Translations under genes and position numbers: made by a program
IMG/VR virus record: IMGVR_UViG_3300029305_004606
Coordinates: 64,001-128,000 of that record
Source of the DNA: a virus
Lineage: Duplodnaviria > Caudoviricetes
Direction: 5' to 3' (one strand)
Length of the DNA stretch: 64,000 bases
Notes under the pieces: model-generated
Databases searched by the model: none
Seen by the model: the letters and a program-made list of their open reading frames with translations, nothing else
Told to the model about the DNA's origin: nothing
In this document: positions 30,155 through 41,137 of the stretch, piece by piece
How the letters are laid out: the number at the start of each line of letters is the position of its first letter
Numbering within the stretch: the stretch's first letter is position 1

Positions 30155-30487
30155 ATGTTTCAGGTATTAGTACATGAAAAGAAATTAGAAGATGGTACAG
30201 AAATTTGTACATTTTCTAGAGAAATTGTATCTGCTAATATATTAGAAGTAGAGGCAGGTAGTAATGGTTATTATGGTGGAGATTCTGGTCACGGATCTAG
30301 AACTTATTTTAGAATTGAAGATCTTGCTAGTACAGATATGGAAGTTAATATTATTGATGCTGGTAATGGTCATGTAAAAGGTTTTGAAGTTACTCTTGGT
30401 GGCGATACAGAGTTGGAAACTATGATTAAAGCTTTGAAGTTCATTACACAGTGTCTCGAAGATGCGGCTAATGAAGTTGTTGATTAG
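30155..30487 (+). CDS. Hypothetical phage protein
   Basis: AGGAGG SD; G-rich motif GSNGYYGGDSGHGSRTY. Confidence 0.75.
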   Translation: MFQVLVHEKKLEDGTEICTFSREIVSANILEVEAGSNGYYGGDSGHGSRTYFRIEDLASTDMEVNIIDAGNGHVKGFEVTLGGDTELETMIKALKFITQCLEDAANEVVD

Positions 30488-30496
30488 GAGGTATTA

Positions 30497-31030
30497 ATGA
30501 AACTTGTTAACTTGTCAGCATACTTATTTGTCGAAAATGATAAACTTGCTCAATTAGAGAAAGAGTTTAATGAATTATTGGATAAATATTCAAATGATGA
30601 ATTAGATAATAATCGTAGATTTAATGTAAATCATGTGTGGGAGTTAGATGGTGATAAAGAACCTAGAAAATATAAACCTGGGCAGATTTATAAAATCAAA
30701 ACTAATATTAATCACTTACAAATGTATCTGATTATTTGGACTGTTAGTCATAATGTAGGTACAGTGATAGGTTCTTTTGCTTCTATTGATACGATAAATG
30801 AGATCAAGAAATCCAGAACTGGAAAATTTGAAACTAGAATAGAGCCGGCTTTAAAATTCATGCATCTCGATGAAAAAGATAATTTAATGTATGATATGGG
30901 TTATAAACAAGGTAGAGTAGGCTATGCTGGAGATTATCAACCTATAGATGAGTTTCTTGAATTTTATCAAGATTTAGATGAAAGAATTGTTAAGAATGTT
31001 GCAGCGAAAATATATAATAAAAGAATATGA
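30497..31030 (+). CDS. Hypothetical protein
   Basis: AGGAGG SD. Confidence 0.7.
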   Translation: MKLVNLSAYLFVENDKLAQLEKEFNELLDKYSNDELDNNRRFNVNHVWELDGDKEPRKYKPGQIYKIKTNINHLQMYLIIWTVSHNVGTVIGSFASIDTINEIKKSRTGKFETRIEPALKFMHLDEKDNLMYDMGYKQGRVGYAGDYQPIDEFLEFYQDLDERIVKNVAAKIYNKRI

Positions 31031-31125
31031 TACTATAATAAATGCATAGTTATATTATTTCAATTATATATTATAAATATGATAACCATATAATTGTTAC
31101 CAAATGATAAGGAGGATATGATACT

Positions 31126-31716
31126 ATGAAAAACGAAGAACTTAAGAAATTGGCAATGTATAAGGTAGAAGGTAAGGATTTTACTGATGATGATTTTCTG
31201 GTATTTTTACATGTAGAAGATCATTCTGTTATTGTAATTGCGTTAACTGATGATGAAATTAATCAGATTAATTTGGCTGGATTGGAAGATTCTGTTCTGG
31301 ATATCAATGTTAATGATTCATTTATTCAGGAAAAGATTTTTGCTTTCGATGCTCTTGACGATAAACATGATCCGTTGGATGTAGATTCTATTGAGCAGTT
31401 AATAGAAGGTCAAATGTTCTATAGCGGCACTATAAATGAAGCAGGTATCGAAAAACTGGTAGGATTGATCAAAGACAATTATGTATCAAAAGTTTCAATT
31501 GAAGAGTTTGAAGATCAGGTGTTTGAAGTAGAAGGTGTAAGAATCAAAGTGACTGATCCGGATTCTGATGAAGAAGATTGGATTGACAAAGATTATGTAA
31601 TGATTGATGCTTATCCTTATACCCAGCCTATGGACGGTGAAGTAACAGTAGATGAATTAAGAAATGAGAGAATTCGTCCGCTGATTACAACCATTGTTCC
31701 CAAACATTGGTGGTAA
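31126..31716 (+). CDS. Acidic hypothetical protein (putative early, monocistronic)
   Basis: Promoter motif at 31064, AAGGAGG SD, hairpin at about 31730-31760. Confidence 0.75.
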   Translation: MKNEELKKLAMYKVEGKDFTDDDFLVFLHVEDHSVIVIALTDDEINQINLAGLEDSVLDINVNDSFIQEKIFAFDALDDKHDPLDVDSIEQLIEGQMFYSGTINEAGIEKLVGLIKDNYVSKVSIEEFEDQVFEVEGVRIKVTDPDSDEEDWIDKDYVMIDAYPYTQPMDGEVTVDELRNERIRPLITTIVPKHWW

Positions 31717-31792
31717 GTAATACCTATATACTCCTGGGATGATTTGTATCCCAGGAGTTAAAATTTTTATTTTTAAGATTGGAGGGACATTT

Positions 31793-32119
31793 ATGTCAAC
31801 TTGGAATAGTTGGAATACCATGGATTGTTCTACAGATACAATATTTGTAGCATTAGAAGAAGCAGAAAGAAAACTTGTAGAATCTGCAACAGTTTTAATG
31901 TGTCATCCTGAGGTTAAAGAAAAGATAATAGAGACCAAAGAGTATAAAGAAACAAATAATGTATATATTGTATGTTTTGATATATGTCCAAAAGATAAGG
32001 TTTGGGTTATCGAGGAATTTGGTTTAAAAAGAGAATATATCAAGATTGCTAAGCATCAGGAAGAAAAAGAGAGAATAAAAATACAGAAGGAGAAAGAGAA
32101 AAATGATCAAGCAAATTAA
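31793..32119 (+). CDS. Hypothetical protein
   Basis: GGAGG SD before ATG 31793. Confidence 0.65.
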   Translation: MSTWNSWNTMDCSTDTIFVALEEAERKLVESATVLMCHPEVKEKIIETKEYKETNNVYIVCFDICPKDKVWVIEEFGLKREYIKIAKHQEEKERIKIQKEKEKNDQAN

Positions 32120-32537
32120 AGGTGACATGTTTAATTATGTAACTGAGAATGATTATATTGCACATTGTATCTCAGCAGATTTTGCTCTCGGTGCCGGAAT
32201 TGCTAAAACAATTGATCTTAAATATGGTATTAGATCCACGTTATTATCTAATCCAGATTATAAGAAAAATTACAAAGATGGAAATGGATATGTTATTGCT
32301 ACAGGTCATATATTTAATTTGGTTACTAAAGCCAGATACAATGATAAACCTACATATGCTAGTTTAGATAATGCCCTTATAAAGTTAGCTGAACTTTGTA
32401 AATGTAGAAAAATTGATACTATTCATATGCCCAGAATAGGATGCGGTTTAGACAGATTACATTGGGATCTTGTATTTCCTATGATTTGTAGAATCTTTAC
32501 AGAGTACGGTATCAATGTAACAATTTATCATTTGTAA
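32103..32537 (+). CDS. Macrodomain protein, TARG1/DarG-like ADP-ribosylhydrolase
   Basis: IKGDMF, AHCISADFALGAGIAK, FNLVTK, KPTY, MPRIGCGLDRLHW. Confidence 0.88.
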   Translation: MIKQIKGDMFNYVTENDYIAHCISADFALGAGIAKTIDLKYGIRSTLLSNPDYKKNYKDGNGYVIATGHIFNLVTKARYNDKPTYASLDNALIKLAELCKCRKIDTIHMPRIGCGLDRLHWDLVFPMICRIFTEYGINVTIYHL

Positions 32538-32593
32538 TGAGGAGGATTATGGATAGATATATTAAAAAATATTATTAGAAGGAGGAAAATAAT

Positions 32594-33136
32594 ATGTACG
32601 ATATCAAGAAATTAGTTCATGGTAATCATGTAACGGTTGAAGAGGTGATTGAACAATTGAAAAAATTACCTCAAAAAGCAGTGTTTACTTGTTGTGGTGA
32701 CGAATATTTATTTATTCATGTTGAAGAAGATGGATCTGTAGTTACTCTTGATAATGAGATTCTTTGTGAAGTTGGAGCTTATCCTGATGATATATTGGAT
32801 GTATTTCCTAATGATAACGAGGTTCCTAGATTTGGTGGGTCTCTTCATAGAAATATGATTCAGGTAAGATATTATCCAGATGAACGTGAAAAAGCTAGAT
32901 GTAAAGAGCATGAGTATGATCTTATAGAAGGTTGTATGTATTGGATGACTGAAGATGATTATATAACAGAATCTCAGTTAGTAGATATTTATAGTGGAAT
33001 CTTTACTGAAAATGGTCCTGTTGGAACTGTTATCCGGTCATGTTTAAAAACAACAGGTAACAAATATTGTTACAAAGATTATTTATTAGCACAGGAGGAT
33101 GAAAATCATGAGATTAGCAAAGATAACTCAAACTGA
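32594..33136 (+). CDS. Hypothetical protein
   Basis: AAGGAGG SD. Confidence 0.7.
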   Translation: MYDIKKLVHGNHVTVEEVIEQLKKLPQKAVFTCCGDEYLFIHVEEDGSVVTLDNEILCEVGAYPDDILDVFPNDNEVPRFGGSLHRNMIQVRYYPDEREKARCKEHEYDLIEGCMYWMTEDDYITESQLVDIYSGIFTENGPVGTVIRSCLKTTGNKYCYKDYLLAQEDENHEISKDNSN

Positions 33137-33695
33137 TCAAAGACAAAGTTTAGGTAGATCGTATGTTGCATTTGCCAATCAAGGTGTTGAATTTGGTCTT
33201 TTCTTTAGATTGCCTATAAGAAAAATAATATATTCATCGGCGGATTATTATCAGACAGGATTTTATCTCTCAGATTATATTGCTATATGTAAATCAAAAT
33301 TAAAAAGAGTGTGGCAATATCTTCTCGGTAATAAACAAGCAGTATTTAATGCACTTGATCCTGAGTATTTTAATAATGAAGAAAATATCGGTATAGAGGT
33401 TAACAAGTTTGTTTTTCCAATATATTTTAAAAGATATTATCAGGAAATTACATGTATCAATATGGATGATGATGTAGATACTGTTATCGAGTGGATAGAA
33501 TCATATGGATATCATGATAAGTATACACATGATCTTGGCGATTGTATCAAAGAAGTAACAAAAATTCATTTTAAGTACAAAATGACTGATACTAAAATAA
33601 GAACTGGCAAGAAGTATCTTTATACTCATATGATAGGTATGATCGAACTGGTAAAACTTATTGAATCGAAAGTAAAAGTCACAGAAGATGGTTAG
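33099..33695 (+). CDS. Hypothetical protein
   Basis: ORF in operon, AGGAGG SD. Confidence 0.65.
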   Translation: MKIMRLAKITQTDQRQSLGRSYVAFANQGVEFGLFFRLPIRKIIYSSADYYQTGFYLSDYIAICKSKLKRVWQYLLGNKQAVFNALDPEYFNNEENIGIEVNKFVFPIYFKRYYQEITCINMDDDVDTVIEWIESYGYHDKYTHDLGDCIKEVTKIHFKYKMTDTKIRTGKKYLYTHMIGMIELVKLIESKVKVTEDG

Positions 33696-33713
33696 AAAAG
33701 GAGATATGGTACC

Positions 33714-34097
33714 ATGGATAAAATTGAAGCAATTTGTATTAATCATTTGGGTGTTTCTAGATCGTTTACAACTACAGCAATAGGACGCAGTCCTAATTCA
33801 GATAGATTTAGAAAAATGTATTTGTTCAATAGATTCTACCCTGAAGCTACTGCAACTTTCACGGAAATATGTGACACTGATATTACAGATATTGATAATG
33901 GTTTTGAAACTAGATGTTTGTGTCATTCTAGTAATAATGTAACTTTAACTGTTAAAGATTATGATAAAGAAACGGGGAACTGTGTAGATTGTGTAATTAT
34001 TTTACCATTTGATGTTGCTTTGTTTCTTGGTCTTGATCCAGGTGTAGATGTTATTGGAACAGTAATCTTATTCAAGGAGGATACAAATGATGACTAA
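33714..34097 (+). CDS. Hypothetical protein
   Basis: AAGGAG SD. Confidence 0.65.
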   Translation: MDKIEAICINHLGVSRSFTTTAIGRSPNSDRFRKMYLFNRFYPEATATFTEICDTDITDIDNGFETRCLCHSSNNVTLTVKDYDKETGNCVDCVIILPFDVALFLGLDPGVDVIGTVILFKEDTNDD

Positions 34098-34398
34098 AAA
34101 TAAGAAAATTATGAAACTTTTTGAAGACTCTGTTAGAGATATCAGAATTCTTAAGAGAGCTGCTAAACAAATTAGAGATAAGTTTATATCAGCGGACAAA
34201 GATATTTCTGAAATTCTTAAATGGATTATAAAGACTGAACTTGACTCGAAAAGTACACATCATGTATGTTTAACAATTCATACCTGTAATTCGGAACAAG
34301 CTCAAAAGTTAAGAGATATAGGTTTTACAGTAACTGAAGATAGAAATGAATTTGGACAACTTTGTGGTCATGATATAAGTTGGGAGGCGGTAGAATGA
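34087..34398 (+). CDS. Hypothetical protein
   Basis: AAGGAGG SD. Confidence 0.65.
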   Translation: MMTKNKKIMKLFEDSVRDIRILKRAAKQIRDKFISADKDISEILKWIIKTELDSKSTHHVCLTIHTCNSEQAQKLRDIGFTVTEDRNEFGQLCGHDISWEAVE

Positions 34399-35342
34399 AA
34401 GTACCTAATATTATTTCAGGATATAATGAAGAAACAAAACAGTTTACTTATATTCTTGAAGGAAATACTTGTAATTATAATTTATCTAGATTGCTTGCTA
34501 TGCCTGCAGTTTCAGATATCTTTTCTAGTTTTCAATATAGAAAGGATATAGTATTTTGTAATGGTGTTATTCAGAAAGGTTTTCAGAAAATGATTAATAT
34601 GATTCCTGAAGATATCATTCTGAAATTTCTTCATACTATGGATAGTAAAGCAAATATAGATAATATAGAAGACAGATCTAATTTGGAATATTGTTCTCTT
34701 AGTATGTATATAGATGATGATGTTGCTCATCAAAATATCCCTGCTATATTTTTCGATTTCAATAAACATATTCCGGGTTGTAGAAAGTCTGGAAAGATTA
34801 TTATACTTGGTGAATTTATTATTACAGTGCTAATATATCCTGGTGTAGTGGATATAGATCATCCTGAAAATAACAGGATTTATACAGATTATACTATCTA
34901 TGATCGAAAAGATATAAGCAAATTTATATATTCTCTTACCGGTGTTAATTATGACACCAAGTTTTTTATGGTTGATAATTTTCCAGCATATCCTCATATT
35001 AGGGAAGTAATTAAGAAAACAATTAATCTTGACCCTAACCATGTAATTCATCATCATACTATTGTCTATGCTAATACTTACGATGAACGAGCATTTGTTC
35101 AAGCAATTGATATTGTACATGATATGGACGATATGGGTGGTATTCATATATTAGATAATTATTTTGAACCATCTATAACAAAGATATTATTGGCTATTGG
35201 TGAAGATATTCCGGAAAATTTTGAGAGACTTAAATCTATTGTAACTTATAATGAGCTGGAGAACAGTTCCGTATATGATTTGTTTGGAAATCATGCAACT
35301 TTTAAACAATTTAAAGATTCAATTTCTATTAGGAGGGATTAA
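34395..35342 (+). CDS. Hypothetical protein
   Basis: GGAGG SD, ATGA overlap. Confidence 0.7.
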   Translation: MKVPNIISGYNEETKQFTYILEGNTCNYNLSRLLAMPAVSDIFSSFQYRKDIVFCNGVIQKGFQKMINMIPEDIILKFLHTMDSKANIDNIEDRSNLEYCSLSMYIDDDVAHQNIPAIFFDFNKHIPGCRKSGKIIILGEFIITVLIYPGVVDIDHPENNRIYTDYTIYDRKDISKFIYSLTGVNYDTKFFMVDNFPAYPHIREVIKKTINLDPNHVIHHHTIVYANTYDERAFVQAIDIVHDMDDMGGIHILDNYFEPSITKILLAIGEDIPENFERLKSIVTYNELENSSVYDLFGNHATFKQFKDSISIRRD

Positions 35343-35343
35343 A

Positions 35344-36063
35344 ATGTCCGCAAAATACGATTTAAACACTATGGCTGCTCTTGGTAATTTGTTCGAAGGT
35401 ACTATGTTTGATAAAGTATTCAAAGAAACTTTCACGAAAACATTTGCAGAACTTAAAGAAACAACAGATGGAATTACAGCTTTTCAAAAGGCTAATGCTG
35501 CAGCTACTGCACAATCTATAAGATTTCTCCCGTTATTGATGAGAATCAATTATTTACTTAATAGCTTAGTAAAGATTGATGAAGTTAAGAATGAAGATGT
35601 AGGGGATATCGATCCATTGGTAGATTGGGATTTTATTAACCAGATTCTTACAGATAATATTGAACCTTCAGATTACAATTGTGGTGAAAGGAAAGTAAAT
35701 TCTGTCGAAGAATTGAAACAGTATAAGATTGATATTGAACTTGCGTTATCTGATATTCAGCCTTGGATAATAAGAAAATGTAAACAGTGTGGAGAAGAAT
35801 TTTCTATATTTTTCTCTGAAGCAGAATATTTCAATCAGAAAGAAATGCAGCTTCCTAAAAGATGTAAGAAATGTCGAAAAGCTAGAAAGGATGCAGCTAA
35901 TAAGAAGATTGATGAATCTCATCAGGCATTGGCAAAAGCTATACTTGATGATGTACACAATAAAGCAGAAGAAATTACAAAGAGTATAGAGGAAGCTAAA
36001 GAAGAGCGTAAGAAGTTCGGATCTGCTTCTATGGCTGATGCTTTGAAGAGAGCTGGTTTTTAA
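35344..36063 (+). CDS. Protein with zf-trcl-like zinc ribbon
   Basis: CKQCGEEFSIFFSEAEYFNQKEMQLPKRCKKCRKAR. Confidence 0.75.
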   Translation: MSAKYDLNTMAALGNLFEGTMFDKVFKETFTKTFAELKETTDGITAFQKANAAATAQSIRFLPLLMRINYLLNSLVKIDEVKNEDVGDIDPLVDWDFINQILTDNIEPSDYNCGERKVNSVEELKQYKIDIELALSDIQPWIIRKCKQCGEEFSIFFSEAEYFNQKEMQLPKRCKKCRKARKDAANKKIDESHQALAKAILDDVHNKAEEITKSIEEAKEERKKFGSASMADALKRAGF

Positions 36064-36142
36064 TAAGAAATTAAATTTAATATGGTACCATAATAACACC
36101 CTCTAGGTTTTGACCTAGAGGGTACAAAGGAGCGAATAAACT

Positions 36143-37672
36143 ATGAAGAGAAAATATAATGAAATCGAAAGAGGATTGTTAAAAGTAAATCCAATGTACA
36201 AGTCTGCTATAGATACATTCTATGAAGTGGATAAGAAATATGTTAAAGAAGAATTATATGCAGATTATACAGGAAAAGAAAATGATTTATTAATTATCCT
36301 GTATTATCGAACACTCTGTAAAGTGTATAGAGAGTGTGAAAAAATTGGTAGCTTTAGAAACTTTGACGATATTGTTGGTTCTGTAACTATAAAAGTTACA
36401 GAATATATTTTGTCTAAGCATTCTATAGTAAATACATCAGGTAAAATTGCAGATTATGTGAGAGTTGTTATGAAAGATTTGGAACCAATTGTAGACACAT
36501 TTGTTCCACTTAGACAATGTAAAGATATAGAATCGCATAGTAACGTTGAAGATGCTTATATAGAGTCAGAAATTGTAGATAAGATGATCGATATTGTATA
36601 TCATAATCTAACCATAAGAGAACAAAAAATTCTTGAAGATATTGCAGATGATTATACTCTTAAAGAAATGGGAGAGAAATATAATGTAACTATTCATAGA
36701 ATCTCTCAGATCAGAAATAAAGCATTCAGAAAGATTCGTACAAGAATGAGTAAATTTTTATCAGAGCCCACCATCAAAAGATCAACCAAAATATATTCAA
36801 CTGGAGCTAGGTTATCTAGTGATAAGAGTACAAGAAGTATAGAAGATCTTAAGATGATAAAATATATCGAAAGTCTTGATGAAAGACATGATATTGATGA
36901 TGACGACTGGTGCTTTGTATCATCTGATAGCTTGAGAAATAAATTATTTGACAGTATCGCTGTAACCAGATTTTGTATGTGTAATTTTGATACTAAAATA
37001 GATACATTGTATAATTTTTATAGAGATATTCCAAAAACAGAAGGTCTCTGTGATATTTATAACATATTTGCAAATTTTTGTAGGAATTATTATATTGGAA
37101 CAAATCTTTATCACAAATTGGAAAATAAATCATATATAGAAGCTATTTTGTTCCATTTATTCTTATCTTCTGTAGAATTTGCTATTATAAACGAAAATGC
37201 CTATGCAGGTATGCAAATGTATGAATGTATGGTATCAGAATATGGTGAGCGATTAAGTAAATATATTACTGTTGCAAAACCAATTATGGGATCAAACAAA
37301 TATGCTGTTATAAATTATATTGCTTTAGCAATGAGAATTTACAAGTGTTCAATCATTAGATTTGTAGATGGAAGATCTTTTTCTCGTAAAGATATATTAA
37401 AAGATTTATTATGTAAGGAAAGATTTTATGATAAATATACTAAATTTAGTAAGATCTGCACTTTTAATGATATTATGAAAGAAGTAGAAAAGTTTGGTAT
37501 AGATAAAATTGCAGCTCCTGGTATTATTCCAACTTATTCTTATTTTATTCAGGTTTTGGAGGATAGAATTTTGGATAAGAAGCTCCTGTCTAAAGTTTTA
37601 GATTTTCTTGTTAGCAATTATATTATAACCGAAGAAGCATCTGTAATTATTTTAAATAATGGAGGATTATAA
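36143..37672 (+). CDS. Sigma-70 region-4 HTH protein with long C-terminal extension
   Basis: LTIREQKIL...YTLKEMGEKYNVTIHRISQIRNKAFRKIR closely matches sigma region 4.2. Confidence 0.7.
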   Translation: MKRKYNEIERGLLKVNPMYKSAIDTFYEVDKKYVKEELYADYTGKENDLLIILYYRTLCKVYRECEKIGSFRNFDDIVGSVTIKVTEYILSKHSIVNTSGKIADYVRVVMKDLEPIVDTFVPLRQCKDIESHSNVEDAYIESEIVDKMIDIVYHNLTIREQKILEDIADDYTLKEMGEKYNVTIHRISQIRNKAFRKIRTRMSKFLSEPTIKRSTKIYSTGARLSSDKSTRSIEDLKMIKYIESLDERHDIDDDDWCFVSSDSLRNKLFDSIAVTRFCMCNFDTKIDTLYNFYRDIPKTEGLCDIYNIFANFCRNYYIGTNLYHKLENKSYIEAILFHLFLSSVEFAIINENAYAGMQMYECMVSEYGERLSKYITVAKPIMGSNKYAVINYIALAMRIYKCSIIRFVDGRSFSRKDILKDLLCKERFYDKYTKFSKICTFNDIMKEVEKFGIDKIAAPGIIPTYSYFIQVLEDRILDKKLLSKVLDFLVSNYIITEEASVIILNNGGL

Positions 37673-39266
37673 AATTATGAAAGAAAGATTAATAAAATTA
37701 AATAATACCATTTTTAATGGTGAAAGATCCGCAAATGTTATTCAAATTAATTTAGTTAGAGATAAGAATTCTATACATGATCCTTATTCTCGTTTTGAAA
37801 TTGATCTTGATTTTGACAAGGTTGAAATTTCTCGTGGTATGATATTTTATGATGACCCTTCTACAGCTGGAATAGGAATATTTAAAGCTGATGGTGATGA
37901 ATCTAAACTTGCAGATGCTAGTAATATGTATCTTGTAAATAAGCTTAATTATATATTTTCTGGGTTATCTAGTTCTATTATCGGAAATGCTGATGCAAGA
38001 AGAGCAAATTTTCATGTTGCTTGGAATGATGAATTTGAAATTTATGAAGTATCTAATAATTTGCTGAATAATTCTCCTCTTGACGAGAAGATGGTAAAAC
38101 AGTTAGCAGCTTCTTCCGGTTCATTAAAAAGACATTTCGAGCAAAAGCTTGTAATTCCTAAAGAAGTAATTACTTTGCTTGTAGTTTATCCAAATACTGC
38201 AACAATTCCTCTTGTATTTGGTTATAATGTATCTTGTCCTGATGTAAATCTTATATTAGCCGATGATCCTACTTGTATATATTCATCATTTAAAGAACAG
38301 TTTGAATTCTATGATGAAGTTGTAACTATATCAAATCCTATGACAATCGGATTAGATTCTAATTATTGCAAAGTAAAAAATGCTATACATGTATTGGAAA
38401 ACGAGAAGATTGAAAGAGAAGTAGATCCCGAAACTGATCAGGTAAGATATATATATTCTACTGATAATATAACCGGTATGTTCTATGAGGATGGAACCGA
38501 TGCTGTATTTTATTTAAGAAATGAGCTCAATGAATATCTGTTATATGATTACAGTAAAAACTACAATGCAAACCAGTATAAATTCTTTGAAAGTTTATAT
38601 AAATCTGAAGAATTACATGATAAGGATTCGCTTGATGATTTTAGACTTCTGTTGATGGATTTATTTAGAGATAATTTCTTATGTAGTTATCTTCAGATTA
38701 TGCCTATGGGAGAATATAAAGTATACTTTGATAACAAGAATATTAGAACATATCATGTGTGGGTTAAAGATGAAATGCATGGATGTAATAAAGTGATTAC
38801 TTTATATGGTGGTGATTTTGTTATGATAAGAGAATTTTACAATTTACATCCACTTCATAAAGGTGATTTTTCTCTTGCAATTTTCAAAATAAACAAAGCT
38901 CCAGAAAGTGCTACAACTGTATTAAATTCTAAAGTCAAATTTGACTATGATTATGATGGATTTGTAGATATGTATTATTCTGGTAATATCGGAACTAAAT
39001 TTGCTTTTGAAGGAAATATTTCTGAGAGTGCTAAGGAGGAATCTCAGTTTAATCACAATGAAGTTGTTCAGAAATTTGGTTATCATTGCATTGATGTAGA
39101 AAATCTTATGATGGACAAATTGTACAATCATGTTGTAGGTAGCACTGTACCATTAATTAAGAAATACGATTCAATGTTCTATCCGGTAGATAAAATAGAT
39201 CAGATCATTATTCGTAATTATTTCGGTCTTCCTGTAAATCATAGATATATAAATATTAGAGTTTAA
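37659..39266 (+). CDS. Hypothetical protein
   Basis: 535-aa ORF followed by hairpin 39277-39304 and T-run. Confidence 0.75.
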   Translation: MEDYKIMKERLIKLNNTIFNGERSANVIQINLVRDKNSIHDPYSRFEIDLDFDKVEISRGMIFYDDPSTAGIGIFKADGDESKLADASNMYLVNKLNYIFSGLSSSIIGNADARRANFHVAWNDEFEIYEVSNNLLNNSPLDEKMVKQLAASSGSLKRHFEQKLVIPKEVITLLVVYPNTATIPLVFGYNVSCPDVNLILADDPTCIYSSFKEQFEFYDEVVTISNPMTIGLDSNYCKVKNAIHVLENEKIEREVDPETDQVRYIYSTDNITGMFYEDGTDAVFYLRNELNEYLLYDYSKNYNANQYKFFESLYKSEELHDKDSLDDFRLLLMDLFRDNFLCSYLQIMPMGEYKVYFDNKNIRTYHVWVKDEMHGCNKVITLYGGDFVMIREFYNLHPLHKGDFSLAIFKINKAPESATTVLNSKVKFDYDYDGFVDMYYSGNIGTKFAFEGNISESAKEESQFNHNEVVQKFGYHCIDVENLMMDKLYNHVVGSTVPLIKKYDSMFYPVDKIDQIIIRNYFGLPVNHRYINIRV

Positions 39267-39393
39267 TCTTTTCTTTATCCGGGGCAAAAATAACTGCCCC
39301 GGATTCTTTTTTGCTATTTTATTAGTAGTAATTGTAAGAAAATACATCGTTATTGACATATCTATAATAAATATATGAAAGGATGTAGTAACG

Positions 39394-40107
39394 ATGATTT
39401 TTAATAATGAATTTATTGATCCTAAATCTAGTAATTTCGTTATAGATATGATAAAAAATCCAGATACATTGAATATATTCAGTGATGCTTCTATGAGAGC
39501 TAGATCAAAAAATATACTTGATACTTGTTATGGTTCAGTAGCTGTTAATAAAGATACAATAATAGATGAAAAATTTAGATTGAGTTCAGAATCTACAGTT
39601 CCAGCTGCAGAAATAAGAGGTATTAGATGCTCATTAAGTTTAGCTTTACAATATAGACATCAGTATAAAGTTATAAATATCTTCTCAGACTCTCAAGTTG
39701 CATTATTTAGTTTAAGAGATTATGTTTATGGTTGGAAGTATAGAAGTGATGGACATATTTACAATAAATCTGCTAAAGTGGTAAAAAACGAAGAATTATT
39801 TGTAGAATGTTTCCAGCTATTACAGGAATTAAGAAAGACAAATATAGTTAATTTATATCACCAACCTGGACATGTTGAAAATGGATTAGAAAATCTTAGA
39901 TATGGTATTAGCGTTTTCAAAAAATCAAATGGTATTTTAGGAACTGTTGATTATAATACTATTAGATACATATCTCTGTACAATAACTATGTAGATAGCA
40001 AGTCTAGATCTTTTATAAGAGGGATAAATATATATGAGAATACTTTTTGTGACCCATTAATATTTTACCCAAAGCCTGACATTTTTAATAATATACGGTA
40101 TATCTAA
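39394..40107 (+). CDS. Ribonuclease H (type 1 fold)
   Basis: IFSDAS, AEIRGI, IFSDSQ, HQPGH, YNNYVD catalytic arrangement. Confidence 0.85.
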   Translation: MIFNNEFIDPKSSNFVIDMIKNPDTLNIFSDASMRARSKNILDTCYGSVAVNKDTIIDEKFRLSSESTVPAAEIRGIRCSLSLALQYRHQYKVINIFSDSQVALFSLRDYVYGWKYRSDGHIYNKSAKVVKNEELFVECFQLLQELRKTNIVNLYHQPGHVENGLENLRYGISVFKKSNGILGTVDYNTIRYISLYNNYVDSKSRSFIRGINIYENTFCDPLIFYPKPDIFNNIRYI

Positions 40108-40163
40108 AACCGTATGAAATTATATATTATATAATAAATAAGAGTAAAGGAGATTGAACTATT

Positions 40164-41123
40164 ATGGATCAGAAGATGCAAAATTTTTCAGAAAACAGGG
40201 AAACAATAGTCCCTATTACTTTTGTGAACGGTAACATTAGAGCAACTGAAGAGTTGAATTCTATGTTTACTCTTCCTTACGATTTGGCAGTTCTTGGTAG
40301 AGCAACAACTTTGGATGGTTGCGAGAATATTGCAAAATCTGGACAGGTTTCAGAGCCTGTGTTTAAGTCATTTGCTATGGATGTAGTTAGAATGAATAAG
40401 AACAACTTTGAGGATGCAATTAAAGTTTATTTGCTTATGAACTGTAGAGAATTTATTTATTCATTCGTATGTCATATGATGAATAATATCTGCGATGTTC
40501 AGGCAAATCCTAATTACAGACCGGCTGATGACGATGATTATGATGATGGATATTATTCTTCACCTTATTATATCAATGACAGAGATATTGATAAGTTGGT
40601 TCTTGATCATCTTAATACTTTTGTATTTGCTACATCTACAAATGGTGATATGACAAAAATATATTATTACCAGTTGATGAACAGTTTGTATTTCCAGGTT
40701 GTAGCATTTGTAGATGGTCTTATTAGAGCTACTTCTTTCAGAAGATATACAAGAAATAACAGAGTGTTCAATAAACTGGTAGAAAAGGTATATGGACCTA
40801 ACAATGGTATTGATCCTAAGACTTTAACAGCAGAATTCAGATATACATTTTCTACTTCTATTATGAGAGAGATGGCTGAAAAGGAACTTCCTGTATTATA
40901 TCAGGGATTACACAAAATCTTTATGACAGCAGCATCTATGGCTTGTATTGATGCTATTCCTAATGGTAGAGAAGAAATCTTCGGAGCAGCTCAGCCTCAG
41001 ATTCCTGATCATCAACATGAATGTATGTGTGGTGGAAATTGTCATCATGAAGAGCAGCCTAGTCCGGCAGCTTCAGCAATTCCTCCTACTCCTAAAGGAT
41101 TTGGAAGAGGAAAACGTAAATAA
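40164..41123 (+). CDS. Hypothetical protein with His/Cys-rich tail
   Basis: Promoter motif at 40120; HQHECMCGGNCHH. Confidence 0.75.
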   Translation: MDQKMQNFSENRETIVPITFVNGNIRATEELNSMFTLPYDLAVLGRATTLDGCENIAKSGQVSEPVFKSFAMDVVRMNKNNFEDAIKVYLLMNCREFIYSFVCHMMNNICDVQANPNYRPADDDDYDDGYYSSPYYINDRDIDKLVLDHLNTFVFATSTNGDMTKIYYYQLMNSLYFQVVAFVDGLIRATSFRRYTRNNRVFNKLVEKVYGPNNGIDPKTLTAEFRYTFSTSIMREMAEKELPVLYQGLHKIFMTAASMACIDAIPNGREEIFGAAQPQIPDHQHECMCGGNCHHEEQPSPAASAIPPTPKGFGRGKRK

Positions 41124-41137
41124 ATTAAAAGAGGTGA

